IMG/VR virus record: IMGVR_UViG_3300021400_000885
Coordinates: 39,910-103,909 of that record
Direction: 5' to 3' (one strand)
DNA length: 64,000 bases
DNA from: a virus
Lineage: Duplodnaviria; Caudoviricetes
Part shown: in pieces, positions 1 through 10,700 of the stretch
Layout of the letters: each line of letters begins with the position of its first letter
How positions within the stretch are numbered: position 1 is the first letter of the stretch
Made by a program: the position numbers and the translations under genes
The notes under the pieces: model-generated
Databases searched by the model: none
The model's input: only the letters and a program-made list of their open reading frames with translations
What the model was told of the DNA's origin: nothing

Positions 1-2
1 AT

Positions 3-356
3 TTGATTAACTTTGATTTTAGCCTAGAAAGCTGGGCAGCACAAGGAATTTTGCTTTTAAATTCAGCATTGACTGTAAGAAAGGGAGTTCCTGGGAGTCA
101 CACAGAAGCTTGGAAACCTTTTATTAAATTAGTTGCAAAGAATCTTTCAGCCTATAAACCAAGGATTTTTTGGATACTTTTTGGTAAACAAGCTTGGGAT
201 TTTAAGGAATACATAAATCCTAAAAGTCCTATACTGATGGAGTATCACCCAGCTTTCTATGCAAGAAATAATAAGGAAATGAGCCCACATGTATGGGAGA
301 AACTCATTGATTATTACCAACAAGAGTATAATCAAGACTTGCTTTTATATGAATAG
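3..356 (+). CDS. ung: Uracil-DNA glycosylase, family 1 (C-terminal part, truncated by window edge)
   Basis: WAAQGILLLNSALTV, GSH..W, LFGKQA and HPA motifs of UNG. Confidence 0.9.
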   Translation: MINFDFSLESWAAQGILLLNSALTVRKGVPGSHTEAWKPFIKLVAKNLSAYKPRIFWILFGKQAWDFKEYINPKSPILMEYHPAFYARNNKEMSPHVWEKLIDYYQQEYNQDLLLYE

Positions 357-783
357 GAAAGTATTAAATGCTACTCCAGTTATTGCAAAAGATGGCACAC
401 ATCTTAAATCTAAGATGGAAAGAACTGTTTATGAGACACTTTTAAATCTTGGATATGATGTACAATATGAGCCAGAGTCTTTTACTTATTGGACAGGGTT
501 TTATCCTACAGTTCCTTTCTTTGATTTAGATAAAAAGAGAAAGTTAAGGAAAAACTCAAAGAAACTGATAAGTATGGCATACACTCCTGACTTTATATTC
601 ATGCATAATAATACTAAAGTTATAATTGAAGTAAAGGGTTGGGAGAATGACCAATTTGCAATAAGGAAGAAATTGTTTAGAGCATATCTTGAAACAGTTC
701 CTTATAAAGTAGTATATGCTGAAATATTCACTAAAAGACAATTATTAGAATTTTTAAATGTTTTAGAAAATGAGGATTATTAG
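349..783 (+). CDS. PD-(D/E)XK endonuclease (T7 endo I / DUF1064-like)
   Basis: KSKMER, YEP and YTPDF...IIEVKG motifs; ATG at 349 overlaps the ung stop. Confidence 0.8.
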   Translation: MNRKVLNATPVIAKDGTHLKSKMERTVYETLLNLGYDVQYEPESFTYWTGFYPTVPFFDLDKKRKLRKNSKKLISMAYTPDFIFMHNNTKVIIEVKGWENDQFAIRKKLFRAYLETVPYKVVYAEIFTKRQLLEFLNVLENEDY

Positions 784-1075
784 AGCCAAAAGGATTGTTC
801 CAGTAGCAAGAGCAATTATCTATGATGGAACAAATGGCCAAGAGATTTTTGACTTTACTGGAACTCGGTGGGATGCCCTCTCAAGAAAGATTGGAGCATC
901 TTGCTCAAAGCAAGAGTATATAGATGCCAATGCTAATAGTACTATCTATGCAATGTATAAAGATGTTCCTTGGTCAGTTTCTGTAGGAAATGTTCTTTGT
1001 ATTGAAAATGACGAGCTTTACATCTACAAGGATGCTGAAAAATTTGCAACAATTTTTGAACAAATAGAAGTATGA
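770..1075 (+). CDS. Hypothetical phage protein
   Basis: 101-aa ORF overlapping both neighbours. Confidence 0.65.
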   Translation: MRIIRAKRIVPVARAIIYDGTNGQEIFDFTGTRWDALSRKIGASCSKQEYIDANANSTIYAMYKDVPWSVSVGNVLCIENDELYIYKDAEKFATIFEQIEV

Positions 1076-2136
1076 GACACTCATTTGCAGACATTGCTTG
1101 GGATGTTCCTGAGCCAACATATAGAGAAGATGAGGCCCTTTCATATTCAACTCTTGCAAAATATGAAAGAGAAGGAGGATTTAATTCTCTACCAACACTC
1201 TTTGATAAAACTTCAACTCCATCACTACGCTTTGGCAGTATGGTAGATACTCTCCTTACTGATGGAGAGGATGCCTTCAACAATAATTTCATAGTTGTTG
1301 AAGACCCAGGAATTTCAGAAACTCTGAAGGATATTACTTCCACTCTTGTGGAGATGTATAAAGAAACACAGACAGCTTTCCAAAATATTCCAGACAGTGT
1401 TATTGCTGAAGTTGGCAAACAAAAGGAATTCTGGGCTAATGATAAATACACAGAGGTAAGGGTTAAGAAAATCAGAGAAGCCTGTAATTCTTATTATAAT
1501 CTTCTCATGCTTGCTGAAGGAAAGACTGTGGTTACTTTAAAAGATGTTGAAGATGCTAGAAGATGTGTAGATATCCTCAGGAATGATGAAATGACCAGAA
1601 AGTATTTCACAGATGACCCATTTAATGATAATATTGAAGGCTTTTATCAACTTAAATTTAAAGGAGAAGACCCTGCTACACACATTCCTTACAGGTGTAT
1701 GGCAGATAGAATTATTGTCAATCATGCTGACAAAAAGGTTATTCCAATTGATTTAAAGACTTCTTCAAGCAATGAGTGGGAATTCTATAAGTCTTTCATT
1801 AAGTGGCGGTATGATTTACAATCAAGGAACTACTGGAGATTGATTAGACAAATAATGGATAAAGACCCTTACTATAAGGATTTCAGTCTTGAGAACTATC
1901 TGTTTATTGTCATTAATAGAAACACTCTGTGTCCTTTGGTTTGGGAATATTCTGATACAAAGACTGTAGGAACTATCAGATATACAACTAAATCAAATGC
2001 TTGCATTAATCTTAGAGACCCTTATGAGATTGGTAAAGAGCTTTGGGAATATCTCCACAAGGAAGGTCCAAGCAAATATCCTATTGGAATCTCTCAGATT
2101 AATGATATAAGGAAATATATTGAGGAGAAACTTTAG
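1072..2136 (+). CDS. PD-(D/E)XK exonuclease (RecE/ExoVIII, DUF3799-like)
   Basis: LSYSTL, FGSMVD, ADRI...IDLKT, WRYDLQ motifs. Confidence 0.8.
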   Translation: MRHSFADIAWDVPEPTYREDEALSYSTLAKYEREGGFNSLPTLFDKTSTPSLRFGSMVDTLLTDGEDAFNNNFIVVEDPGISETLKDITSTLVEMYKETQTAFQNIPDSVIAEVGKQKEFWANDKYTEVRVKKIREACNSYYNLLMLAEGKTVVTLKDVEDARRCVDILRNDEMTRKYFTDDPFNDNIEGFYQLKFKGEDPATHIPYRCMADRIIVNHADKKVIPIDLKTSSSNEWEFYKSFIKWRYDLQSRNYWRLIRQIMDKDPYYKDFSLENYLFIVINRNTLCPLVWEYSDTKTVGTIRYTTKSNACINLRDPYEIGKELWEYLHKEGPSKYPIGISQINDIRKYIEEKL

Positions 2137-2137
2137 T

Positions 2138-2323
2138 ATGGTTATAAAATTTGTTGGTAAATACAATCTTGTAGTATGTGATTATTCTACTTGTTCAGTA
2201 GATTTTTACTACATTGAAGATAATGTTATTACTGAAGATTTTCTTAAAGATAAAGGATATAGAGAATCTGAAATCTCTTGGATGAGAGCTGATAATTTAG
2301 ACGTTAATTGCCATGAAAATTAA
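2138..2323 (+). CDS. Small hypothetical protein
   Basis: ATG at 2138 immediately after the upstream stop; overlaps the dut start. Confidence 0.6.
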   Translation: MVIKFVGKYNLVVCDYSTCSVDFYYIEDNVITEDFLKDKGYRESEISWMRADNLDVNCHEN

Positions 2324-2783
2324 ATATGTAAGAGAGAATGACAGTATTCTCAAAGTTATAAAGCTTTCACAAGGTGATTGGCTAGACCTTGCAACTGCTG
2401 AAGATGTTACCCTTACAAAAGGAGATTTCTATTTAATTTCTCTTGGAATAAGGATACAACTTCCTAAAGGATTTGAAGCACACCTTGTGCCAAGAAGTAG
2501 CACATTTAAAAAGTGGGGAATTATACAAGGTAACTCCATTGGAATAATTGATAATTCTTATCAAGGAAGACAAGATATTTGGAGATTTCCTGCTTATGCT
2601 ATCAGAAAGACTGAGATTCCTAAAGGCACAAGGATATGCCAATTTAGGATTGTACCAAGCATGAATGCAGGATTCTGGGTTAAGTTAAAATGGTTGTTTA
2701 CAAAGAAAGTTGAATTTATTGAAGAGGAGTATATAAGTGATGAGGATTCTAGTAGGGGTGGGTTTGGCTCAACAGGTAATTAA
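2313..2783 (+). CDS. dut: Trimeric dUTPase
   Basis: DL, PRSS, GIIDNSYQG, RICQ, RGGFGSTG motifs. Confidence 0.95.
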   Translation: MKIKYVRENDSILKVIKLSQGDWLDLATAEDVTLTKGDFYLISLGIRIQLPKGFEAHLVPRSSTFKKWGIIQGNSIGIIDNSYQGRQDIWRFPAYAIRKTEIPKGTRICQFRIVPSMNAGFWVKLKWLFTKKVEFIEEEYISDEDSSRGGFGSTGN

Positions 2784-3267
2784 ACTGCTGGGCTGTATTG
2801 TGATATTGACAATTTTAGCAATCTTATATACTATGATATTTAATAAAAAAATAAAGAGATTCAGCTTTAGGGAATCTATGGCTTTATCAGGATTGCCAAT
2901 AATTTCTTTTGAGAATAACAATCACTGGGTAAACATGCTTTTGGATACTGGAGGCACAGACTCTATAATTGATAGTAATTATATAAAATACCTAGAATAT
3001 ACAGATACAGATAAACCAACATCTTCCTTTGTTGGAACAACTGGTAAAACAGATATTGGTCAAAAGATAATTAATATAATTCTTACTAAAGATGATGATA
3101 AAACTTTCAATATTGACTGTACTGTAATAAATCTAGGAGAAGCATTTACTGCAATTAAGGAGTCTTATGGAGTTCAGTTGCATGGAATCTTAGGCACAGA
3201 CTTTCTTGATAAATATAAGTATGTAATTGATTTTGAAAAGATGATTGCATATAATAAAGCAGAATGA
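2737..3267 (+). CDS. Retropepsin-like aspartyl protease, possible N-terminal TM segment (start uncertain)
   Basis: LLDTGG catalytic motif and GILGTDFL motif. Confidence 0.8.
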   Translation: MMRILVGVGLAQQVIKLLGCIVILTILAILYTMIFNKKIKRFSFRESMALSGLPIISFENNNHWVNMLLDTGGTDSIIDSNYIKYLEYTDTDKPTSSFVGTTGKTDIGQKIINIILTKDDDKTFNIDCTVINLGEAFTAIKESYGVQLHGILGTDFLDKYKYVIDFEKMIAYNKAE

Positions 3268-5324
3268 TTTATTTAGTAACCAAACAACAAGAGCTGTTTG
3301 AGTCTGACCTATATAAAATTATAGATGCTCAGACAGCTCTTGATTTTATGAAAGATTGGACTATTGTTCAGTTTGATACTGAGACAAATGGAAGAGATGC
3401 TCACTTATGTGAATTGCTCTCAGCTCAGTTTGGTAATGATGCTGCTAATAAAAGAATTGTAGTTGACTGTAAGACTGTTGACATAACTCTTTTTAAGGAA
3501 GTACTTGAGAATAAGAGAGTTATAGGGCACAATCTAAAGTTTGATTTACAGTTCCTTTATAATTATGGTATTATACCAAGAAAAATTTATGATACTATGA
3601 TTGTAGAGCAGCTTCTTTATCTTGGTTATCCTTCAGGAATCAAACAGTATTCTTTAAAGGCTGTTGCTTGGGAAAGACTCAAAATTGATATTGATAAGTC
3701 AATTAGAGGTGAAATTATATGGAGAGGATTATCACCAGAAGTTATACAGTATGCTGCCGGAGATGTCACATTCCTTGAAAAGATAATGCAAAGTCAACTC
3801 ATCGAGGCAAAGAAGAAAGACTGTTTAATTGGAGCTAAACTTGAATGTGATGCAGTTCCTGCAATGGCGTATCTTGAATGGTGTGGGATTAAACTTGATG
3901 AAAATAAGTGGAAAGTTAAAATGCAAAAAGACCAAGAAAGACTTAATGAAAGGCTTTCTGCTTTAAATAAATTTGTTGAGGATGACCCACACACATATAA
4001 AGATTTTGTTGTTGTAGACCTTCAAGGAGACCTTTGGGCGGGATATGATACTTCTCCAAAATGTCAGATTAACTGGGACTCTTCAAGGCAAGTAATACAG
4101 TTTTGTAAAGTACTTGGTTTTGATACTACTGTACAAGATAAAAAGACTGGTGAGGATAAAGACAGTGTTCTTGAAAAAACTTTAAGAACACAAAAAGGAA
4201 TCAATGATGAATTCCTAAATCTTTATTTTGACTATAAAGAATCTTCAAAGGTATGTTCTACTTATGGGCAAGGACATTTGAATGTAATTAATCCTAAAAC
4301 AGGGAGAATTCATACTACATTTAAACAAATTGGAGCTTCTTCAGGAAGAATGTCTTGTGGAAGCAATCAGCCAAATACTGACCTTGCTAAAGTAAATAAA
4401 GTTACTCCATCAAAATGTACATATCCAAATCTTCAACAGCTCCCTGCTGATGAGCCTACAAGAAGCTCTTTTGTACCTCCAGAAGGAAATTTAATGGTTT
4501 CTGCTGATTTTAGTGCAGAAGAGTCAAGACTTGCTGCTGATATTTACCAAGACAGAGAATTTATTAAAGAGTTTACTGAAAGGTCAGGCGATATGCACAG
4601 TCTTTTCGCGTGGGCTGTGTTTAAAAAAGAGTGCCAAGAGTGTGGATGCTCTGGAGTACAAGATGTTAAAAAGAAAGCACCACAATGGAGAAAAGCAGTT
4701 AAAGCTGTGGAGTTTGCTTATCTCTTTGGGGCTGCTGCACATACAATAAGTCAAGCAGCAAATTGTAGTGAAGAACAAGCTCAAAAATATATTGATGCTA
4801 TAGATAGTGAATTTTCTGGAGTATCCTCCTTTGCAAAAAGAGGGAGTAAATTTGTTAGAGAACATGGATATATTCTTATTTGTCCTTATACTGGACATAA
4901 GATGTATTGGTGGGATTGGAAACAATGGAAAGAAAGACAAAAAGAATTTACTCCTGAGTTTTGGGAAGAGTATAGGCTACACCATAAAGGTACTGGAGAT
5001 AATATTGCTCAAATGGTTAGAGAGCATTTCCAAGCTGCTGGTAAGTACGATAGAATGGCACGTAATTCCCCAACACAAGGCACTGGAGCAATTATCTTAA
5101 AAGATGCTATTACTCAATTATTTAACTGGATTTGTCTAAACAATTACTTCAATAAAGTGCATCTTTGTTGTTGTGTTCATGATGAAATTGTTTGTGATTA
5201 TCCTAAAGAGCTTAATGAATTTCCCAAAGTACTTGAAACTATTATGGAGAATGCTGCTGCAAAATATTGTAAAACACTACCAATCCCTGCAGAAGCTTCT
5301 GTTGGAGACCATTGGATTCATTAG
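3264..5324 (+). CDS. polA: DNA polymerase, family A, with 3'-5' exonuclease
   Basis: FDTET, HNLKFD, YAAGD exonuclease motifs; SGRMS, NLQQLP, ADFSAEESR, RKAVK..F...FG, QGTGA, VHDE polymerase motifs. Confidence 0.95.
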   Translation: MIYLVTKQQELFESDLYKIIDAQTALDFMKDWTIVQFDTETNGRDAHLCELLSAQFGNDAANKRIVVDCKTVDITLFKEVLENKRVIGHNLKFDLQFLYNYGIIPRKIYDTMIVEQLLYLGYPSGIKQYSLKAVAWERLKIDIDKSIRGEIIWRGLSPEVIQYAAGDVTFLEKIMQSQLIEAKKKDCLIGAKLECDAVPAMAYLEWCGIKLDENKWKVKMQKDQERLNERLSALNKFVEDDPHTYKDFVVVDLQGDLWAGYDTSPKCQINWDSSRQVIQFCKVLGFDTTVQDKKTGEDKDSVLEKTLRTQKGINDEFLNLYFDYKESSKVCSTYGQGHLNVINPKTGRIHTTFKQIGASSGRMSCGSNQPNTDLAKVNKVTPSKCTYPNLQQLPADEPTRSSFVPPEGNLMVSADFSAEESRLAADIYQDREFIKEFTERSGDMHSLFAWAVFKKECQECGCSGVQDVKKKAPQWRKAVKAVEFAYLFGAAAHTISQAANCSEEQAQKYIDAIDSEFSGVSSFAKRGSKFVREHGYILICPYTGHKMYWWDWKQWKERQKEFTPEFWEEYRLHHKGTGDNIAQMVREHFQAAGKYDRMARNSPTQGTGAIILKDAITQLFNWICLNNYFNKVHLCCCVHDEIVCDYPKELNEFPKVLETIMENAAAKYCKTLPIPAEASVGDHWIH

Positions 5325-5326
5325 TT

Positions 5327-5656
5327 ATGACACAAGAAATACAAACAAGAAAAGCAGGCTCCTTTGTCATTGTTGACAATGGAGCTTGCCGTTATATGGG
5401 AGTACTTAAAGATGTTTTTACTGATGAAAGAGGATATATCTGTTGTAATCTTTATGCAGCAGTTCCTTGTGGAGCAGTAAAGACCACTGGTTATGGTAAT
5501 GGACATTACTATCCTTATCAAATGAGTACAGTATTCATAGGAAGAATTGATAAGATTTATAAACTTACAAAGAAAGATTTCTATGAAGACTATATTAACA
5601 AATGTGTAGAGATAAGTAAATATAATGAAAATGCTGCCTATCCATCTGATTACTAG
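5327..5656 (+). CDS. Hypothetical protein
   Basis: ORF follows the polA stop by 2 nt. Confidence 0.6.
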   Translation: MTQEIQTRKAGSFVIVDNGACRYMGVLKDVFTDERGYICCNLYAAVPCGAVKTTGYGNGHYYPYQMSTVFIGRIDKIYKLTKKDFYEDYINKCVEISKYNENAAYPSDY

Positions 5657-5690
5657 TAATTATTTGTATCTTTACACAAACAAATAATTA
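5657..5690 (+). promoter_or_regulatory. Inverted repeat enclosing a Bacteroidota -7-like element (TATCTTTA)
   Basis: TAATTATTTGT (5657-5667) / ACAAATAATTA (5680-5690), perfect 11-bp arms. Confidence 0.5.
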
Positions 5691-5696
5691 TTACTT

Positions 5697-6005
5697 ATGG
5701 ATTGTGAATTAGAACAAAAAGAGCCTTGTGAAAGAAAGCTTTCAGCTTGGGTTATTACTTATCATTTACACACTGATACAGATTATTATGAAGGAGTTGC
5801 TGTGGTTCAGGCTTATGAAGTAAAGGAGGCTGAATGCATTTTCCTTGCAAACAGCTGCTTTAATTCTTGCAGAGAAAGAATCTGTATTGAAGCAATTAAA
5901 GAAATTTACTGTTTGCCTGAACCAGACCTTCTTGCTGAAGTAAAGGTTAAAGAGTTTAATATTTATGACAGAAGAGCTAAGCTTAAGGGAAAAAATAGAG
6001 GTTAA
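5697..6005 (+). CDS. Hypothetical protein
   Basis: 102-aa ORF after the putative promoter. Confidence 0.65.
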   Translation: MDCELEQKEPCERKLSAWVITYHLHTDTDYYEGVAVVQAYEVKEAECIFLANSCFNSCRERICIEAIKEIYCLPEPDLLAEVKVKEFNIYDRRAKLKGKNRG

Positions 6006-6261
6006 TGTAACAATCTCTATGACTTGCAGCAAATCTACGACAGTTAAAGTTCCTGTAGATTATACAGTAAAAGAGCTAAGAGAAGCAGTAGTACAAAGTA
6101 CTATTCTTCCTCTTGATGATATAACTGAGAAAAAACTGACTATCGAGCAACAACTTAAATCTAAAGAATTTATTCCAAACCCAAGAAGGAAATACCTTGA
6201 AATTCTTCATAAGGAATATGACGGATGGAATATTGACGAATTTGAGGTTATTGAGGATTAA
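5965..6261 (+). CDS. Hypothetical protein
   Basis: 98-aa ORF in the co-oriented run. Confidence 0.65.
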   Translation: MTEELSLREKIEVNVTISMTCSKSTTVKVPVDYTVKELREAVVQSTILPLDDITEKKLTIEQQLKSKEFIPNPRRKYLEILHKEYDGWNIDEFEVIED

Positions 6262-6267
6262 TTCTAA

Positions 6268-6429
6268 ATGATGCTAAAGTATTGGTGTATAGAGTATATC
6301 AATGTTTTTAAAGAGTACTGCTACTTCTGGACAAAGGCTTATTCCCCAGAAGCAGCAGTAATTAATCTTAATGATGAAGAATCTGATGTATCAAAAATTA
6401 TTTCAATCAACCAAACATTCCCATTCTAA
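6268..6429 (+). CDS. Small hypothetical protein (53 aa, not in ORF track)
   Basis: Hand translation MMLKYWCIEYINVFKEYCYFWTKAYSPEAAV...; TAATG coupling to the next ORF. Confidence 0.6.
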   Translation: MMLKYWCIEYINVFKEYCYFWTKAYSPEAAVINLNDEESDVSKIISINQTFPF

Positions 6430-6575
6430 TGGAAACATTTAAAATCATTTACAAAGACTTAGATGACAATATCAAGTCTCAGTATGTTCAAGCTGACCAT
6501 GCATCTGAAGCAATAAGTAATGCTGAAGATGATATTTGGGATTTAAAAGAAGTTGTTAGAGTAGAGCAGCTATGA
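6429..6575 (+). CDS. Small hypothetical protein (48 aa, not in ORF track)
   Basis: METFKIIYKDLDDNIKSQYVQADHASEAI...; ATGA overlap with thyX. Confidence 0.65.
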   Translation: METFKIIYKDLDDNIKSQYVQADHASEAISNAEDDIWDLKEVVRVEQL

Positions 6576-7357
6576 AATATGTTAATCAAGATGTTAGTCT
6601 CTTCAATCAAGGAGAGGGGATTCAAGGAATCTATGACATTATTGCTCAATGTGCTGCAACTTGCTATCAATCTGAAGCTAAGAGTGGTGAAAGTGCAGAA
6701 ACTTTCGTAGAAAAGCTTATTAAGAATAAGCATACTGCAATGCTTGAGTTTGGCACTGTGTATTTAAAATGTCCTTCAGAAGAATATCTGTACAGACGTT
6801 ACCATTATAACCCATACTCTAAAACTTACTATACAAAGGAATGCCTTGCAATTACAACAAACTATAGAGTATTAGTTGAAAATGGCTGGCTTGAAGATTT
6901 AAAGTACCTATGTAAGCCTACAGAAAATCACTATAAAAGATATACAGTCAAGGCTATTACATCTATTGGTGTTGCAAGAGAGTTGACAAGGCATAGAACA
7001 TTCAGCTTTGCACAAGAGAGCACAAGGTATTGTAATTATAGTAAGAGTAAGTACAATAAACAGATTACATTCATCAAGCCAGAATGGTACTATACTGCCA
7101 ATGATGACGAAAGAAAGATTCTTGATATGCACCTTGCTGATGCAGAGAGGTCTTATAATGCTTTAATTAACTGGGGAAGAGTTGCTCAAGATGCAAGAGA
7201 AGTACTGCCATTAGCAACAAAGACAGAGATTTGTATGTGTGGATTTGAGGAGGATTGGAAACATTTCTTTGATTTAAGGCTAAGAAACACTACTGGTTCA
7301 GCACATCCTGATATGTCAGCTCTTGCAGAAAAAATTCATAACTTTATAGACCTTTAA
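6572..7357 (+). CDS. thyX: Flavin-dependent thymidylate synthase
   Basis: RELTRHRTFSFAQESTRY signature, AREVLP, FFDLR..AHP. Confidence 0.95.
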   Translation: MKYVNQDVSLFNQGEGIQGIYDIIAQCAATCYQSEAKSGESAETFVEKLIKNKHTAMLEFGTVYLKCPSEEYLYRRYHYNPYSKTYYTKECLAITTNYRVLVENGWLEDLKYLCKPTENHYKRYTVKAITSIGVARELTRHRTFSFAQESTRYCNYSKSKYNKQITFIKPEWYYTANDDERKILDMHLADAERSYNALINWGRVAQDAREVLPLATKTEICMCGFEEDWKHFFDLRLRNTTGSAHPDMSALAEKIHNFIDL

Positions 7358-7358
7358 T

Positions 7359-7496
7359 ATGTTAGAATCTCTACTTGCAATTGTGCTGAAATTGCTTATT
7401 GTACTACTAATATATGAGGTTATTATGAGAACACCTTATATATTATCTATGCTACTTGAGACTATACTTTCAATATTTAAAATACGCAAGTTATGA
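7359..7496 (+). CDS. Small hydrophobic membrane peptide (45 aa, not in ORF track)
   Basis: MLESLLAIVLKLLIVLLIYEVIM...; fills the gap and has ATGA overlap with the next ORF. Confidence 0.5.
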   Translation: MLESLLAIVLKLLIVLLIYEVIMRTPYILSMLLETILSIFKIRKL

Positions 7497-7696
7497 CAAC
7501 AGAACAATGGAACTCTTTAAGACTTAATGACAAAGAAAAGTTAATCAGTACGGTATTTAATAATGATTATATATCAGCAGTTCATGCATATAAAGACCCA
7601 GAGAAAGACCCTGTAATTAAAGAAGTATTAAGTGTATGCTCAATAAATGGAGATACTATATACATCAATATTCATAAAGAACTAAAAATTAAATAA
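7493..7696 (+). CDS. Hypothetical protein
   Basis: Last + strand ORF before the terminator. Confidence 0.6.
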   Translation: MTTEQWNSLRLNDKEKLISTVFNNDYISAVHAYKDPEKDPVIKEVLSVCSINGDTIYINIHKELKIK

Positions 7697-7698
7697 AG

Positions 7699-7730
7699 AA
7701 AAGCTCTGATGTTTTATCAGAGCTTTTTTC
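7699..7730. terminator. Bidirectional intrinsic terminator at the convergence point
   Basis: AAAAGCTCTGAT-gtttt-ATCAGAGCTTTT hairpin with A and T tracts on either side. Confidence 0.85.
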
Positions 7731-7752
7731 TTTAATATTGAGAATCTTTTCT

Positions 7753-10700
7753 TTAAATGTTCTTAAAGACATTGAAGAGGTCATCATTTTCAATAAGGTC
7801 TATTTGCTTCTTAATCTGGCCAACAAAGAGCAGATTCTTGTCAAGATTGTGAAGATATTTGTTTTCTCCATCATATTTGCCACCCTCAATAGTATCAAAC
7901 AGGTCAAGTACATTCATAGTATCTGCAATCTTGTTAATTGTACTAAGAGCAGCAAATGGAGAGTTCATTATACTTATAAAGTTTGAAACCATTCCAAGAG
8001 GGTTTGTTAATCCAGGAATAAATACTGGAGTGGAGGCTTCAACTTCCATGAGCATACGTTTAGTTTCATACATAAGATTTCTGTATGCCCAGTTTCCTTT
8101 TTTGTCCTTGTAACTGCCTAAGCTAAGGTTACTCAACGAGAGGAGGAGTAATACCTCAACTTCTGCAATGGCTCTTTTACAGTTATATCTGTCCATCTCA
8201 GACATTGCATTCCATGATGCTGCAATGCTGGTTCTGTTTTTCACAAGGCCAGATACTGCGTCTTTAAGAAATACAAATGTTGAAGTGTAGTATCCTCTTC
8301 TAAACTCTCCAAGGTCAGCATCTCTGTGTAATGCATTGAATCTTCTTGCATAGTGTTCAGGCATCCATTGTCTAAAGTTAATAAAGAGTCTACCAACAGC
8401 CAATCTATGAATAGTGCCCCTATCAATAGCTGAGAATGCACCATGCATTGACTTATTGCAGTAGGTAATCTGTTTTTCAATACCCTCAATATCATCATCA
8501 TTTATCTCTCTTGTAGAGGCAATACTTCCATCTGGATTTCTTTCAATCCACTTGTACCTTACCCTGTCTTCAATGAGTTTTCCATTGTTACCTTCCTCTT
8601 GAACACTAAAGATATTAAGAAGTGGAACTTCAGTATTTGTTTGAGTATCAAAGACTTTCTGATGATTTAATATTGCAAACATTGTCTGATTGTGAAGAAG
8701 GTGTTCACCAGCTCCATATAGGAACATTAAAGCTGTATTATCTAATACTCTACCAATCAGGCTAGATTTAAATCCATTGCTCTTAAGAGTATCATAGTAG
8801 TCTTCCATTACATCAAATCTCTCTCCAAGGAGAGTAATAAGAGCCTTTTTGTTATTACTATAAAGCTCTGCCATATATGCTGGAAGATGTCTTAAGTATT
8901 GACCTTCAGCAACTGCAAAGTCCTTTAAATTAAAGAACTCTCCAGCTTGTCCATCAATAAACATTTGAATCTGTCCAACCAAAAGGTTAGCCTCAGCACC
9001 CAGCAAGTTAACTGTCAAACCAGAAATTGATGTGAGTTGAGTAAGTGTATCAACAGCTCTTCCTGTAGAGATATCAATACCAAAAAGAGAAAATTCACCA
9101 GTTCTATTCTTTCTTTGATTATAAATATTAGAAGCTACAAACTGATTTAATTGCTCTGCTGACCTTGAAGTTCTTATATCCTTTGATACAGTTTCCATAG
9201 CAGTATCTCTACCATACTTCATAATATTAATGTAGCTTCTATTGCCACCAGTTGCAGTAAATCCTCTCTTTGTGGTAAGATAATCTTGAGCCAATGTAAA
9301 AGCATCAATCATTTTTGACATTTCACCATAGTTAACTGCTGAAGTGGCAAATGCTGACATTGCCATACTCATATCAGTGGTTACTCTGGTTTGGTCTTTC
9401 AATTTATGTGTAAAGAAGAGTGGAAGTTGCATAAGCTGCATGCCTCTCATATCAGTTGCAACAGCTTGAACATTATTTCCAGCTAATAAATCACTGAAAG
9501 AGTCTCCATATTCAGTACTGTCTTCACGAATGGTGTAAGTATCAACAAAGGCATCTCTAAGAATCTTAAGCTGCTCTTTTGGATTAAATCCAGCTCTTCC
9601 AACTCTTTCAATAGTGTCTGCTGATACCTGAATTGTTTTAAAGAAATCCTTTTCTCCAAAAGGAAGAGGCACAGTAAGAATGGATTTTAAAGCCATCATC
9701 CTTAAATAGTATTCTCTTTCAGCAGGATTTAACCCTAAAGTCTGGGCATCTGGAATTCCATACTTCTCAGCCTTTGGCATTAAAATTTTTAAAGTATACT
9801 CTAATGGATTGATTTGAGCAGTGTCAATACCATAAAGCTCATGTACATACTCTTTAATATATCCTAAGAAATCTGTATAATTCTGACCAGAGAAAGGGGC
9901 CCTTGCTTTAAGGTTCTCTCTTTCCCATTTCATCATTGCCTTATCAAGCTTATCTCCACGCAGACCCTCTTCCCATTTTTGCCTTTTAAATTCAGCCTTT
10001 TCTTTATTAAACTTTTCAAAGTCAACCTCAGCCTTTAAATACTCTGAAGGAATTCCATCTTTAAAGTTGAATACTGAGGAAGTTTTTCCACCTTTTGATG
10101 CTAAGTCATCAGTAATAGTTCTAATGACATAATCAACATTTCTTAATATCTTATCTCTTTGACGGTTGTTTGTTTTCACAGCCTCGTAGAAAAGACCTAA
10201 GGCAGCATCTGTACTTTCATTCATTGATAAGAAAAGCTTTTCTACAATATTGACATCTTGTGAAAGAGTAGATATTATTGAGTTTAAGCTATAAGTCTTA
10301 TCTCCAAAAGTCTTAACGTCATTATCTCCCCAGAACTTCTGTAAAAACATGTAAGTTAAATCAAACTCAGCACCCTGAGCAAAAGTTCTAACATCATTTA
10401 TAATAAAGTTAAGACCTTTTGCAGTCTTTTCAATGTCTTTAAGTATTTGCTCTGGAATACCTTCTTGGTCAATATCAAGATTTTCAATGTTTGTAAGGCT
10501 TCTTACAACATCTTCATAGGCATCCACAAGAGAAAGTGCTTCCATTACAACTTTACTCCAGACATTGATTTTACCAAGGTCATCAGTTTTAGCTGCAATG
10601 AGTGGCTTAATTGACTCTATAGTTTTTTGAAGTTTCTCAAAGTCACTGTAAACATTACCAAGAAGATTTACAACTCCAGTAACATAGTCCTCATCATCAA

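Noticed and set aside
2313-5324. dut-protease-pol order reminiscent of betaretroviruses, possibly with frameshifting
   Set aside because: The polymerase is family A, not an RT; no in-frame slippery heptamer in the overlap; dUTPase ends with its normal motif V
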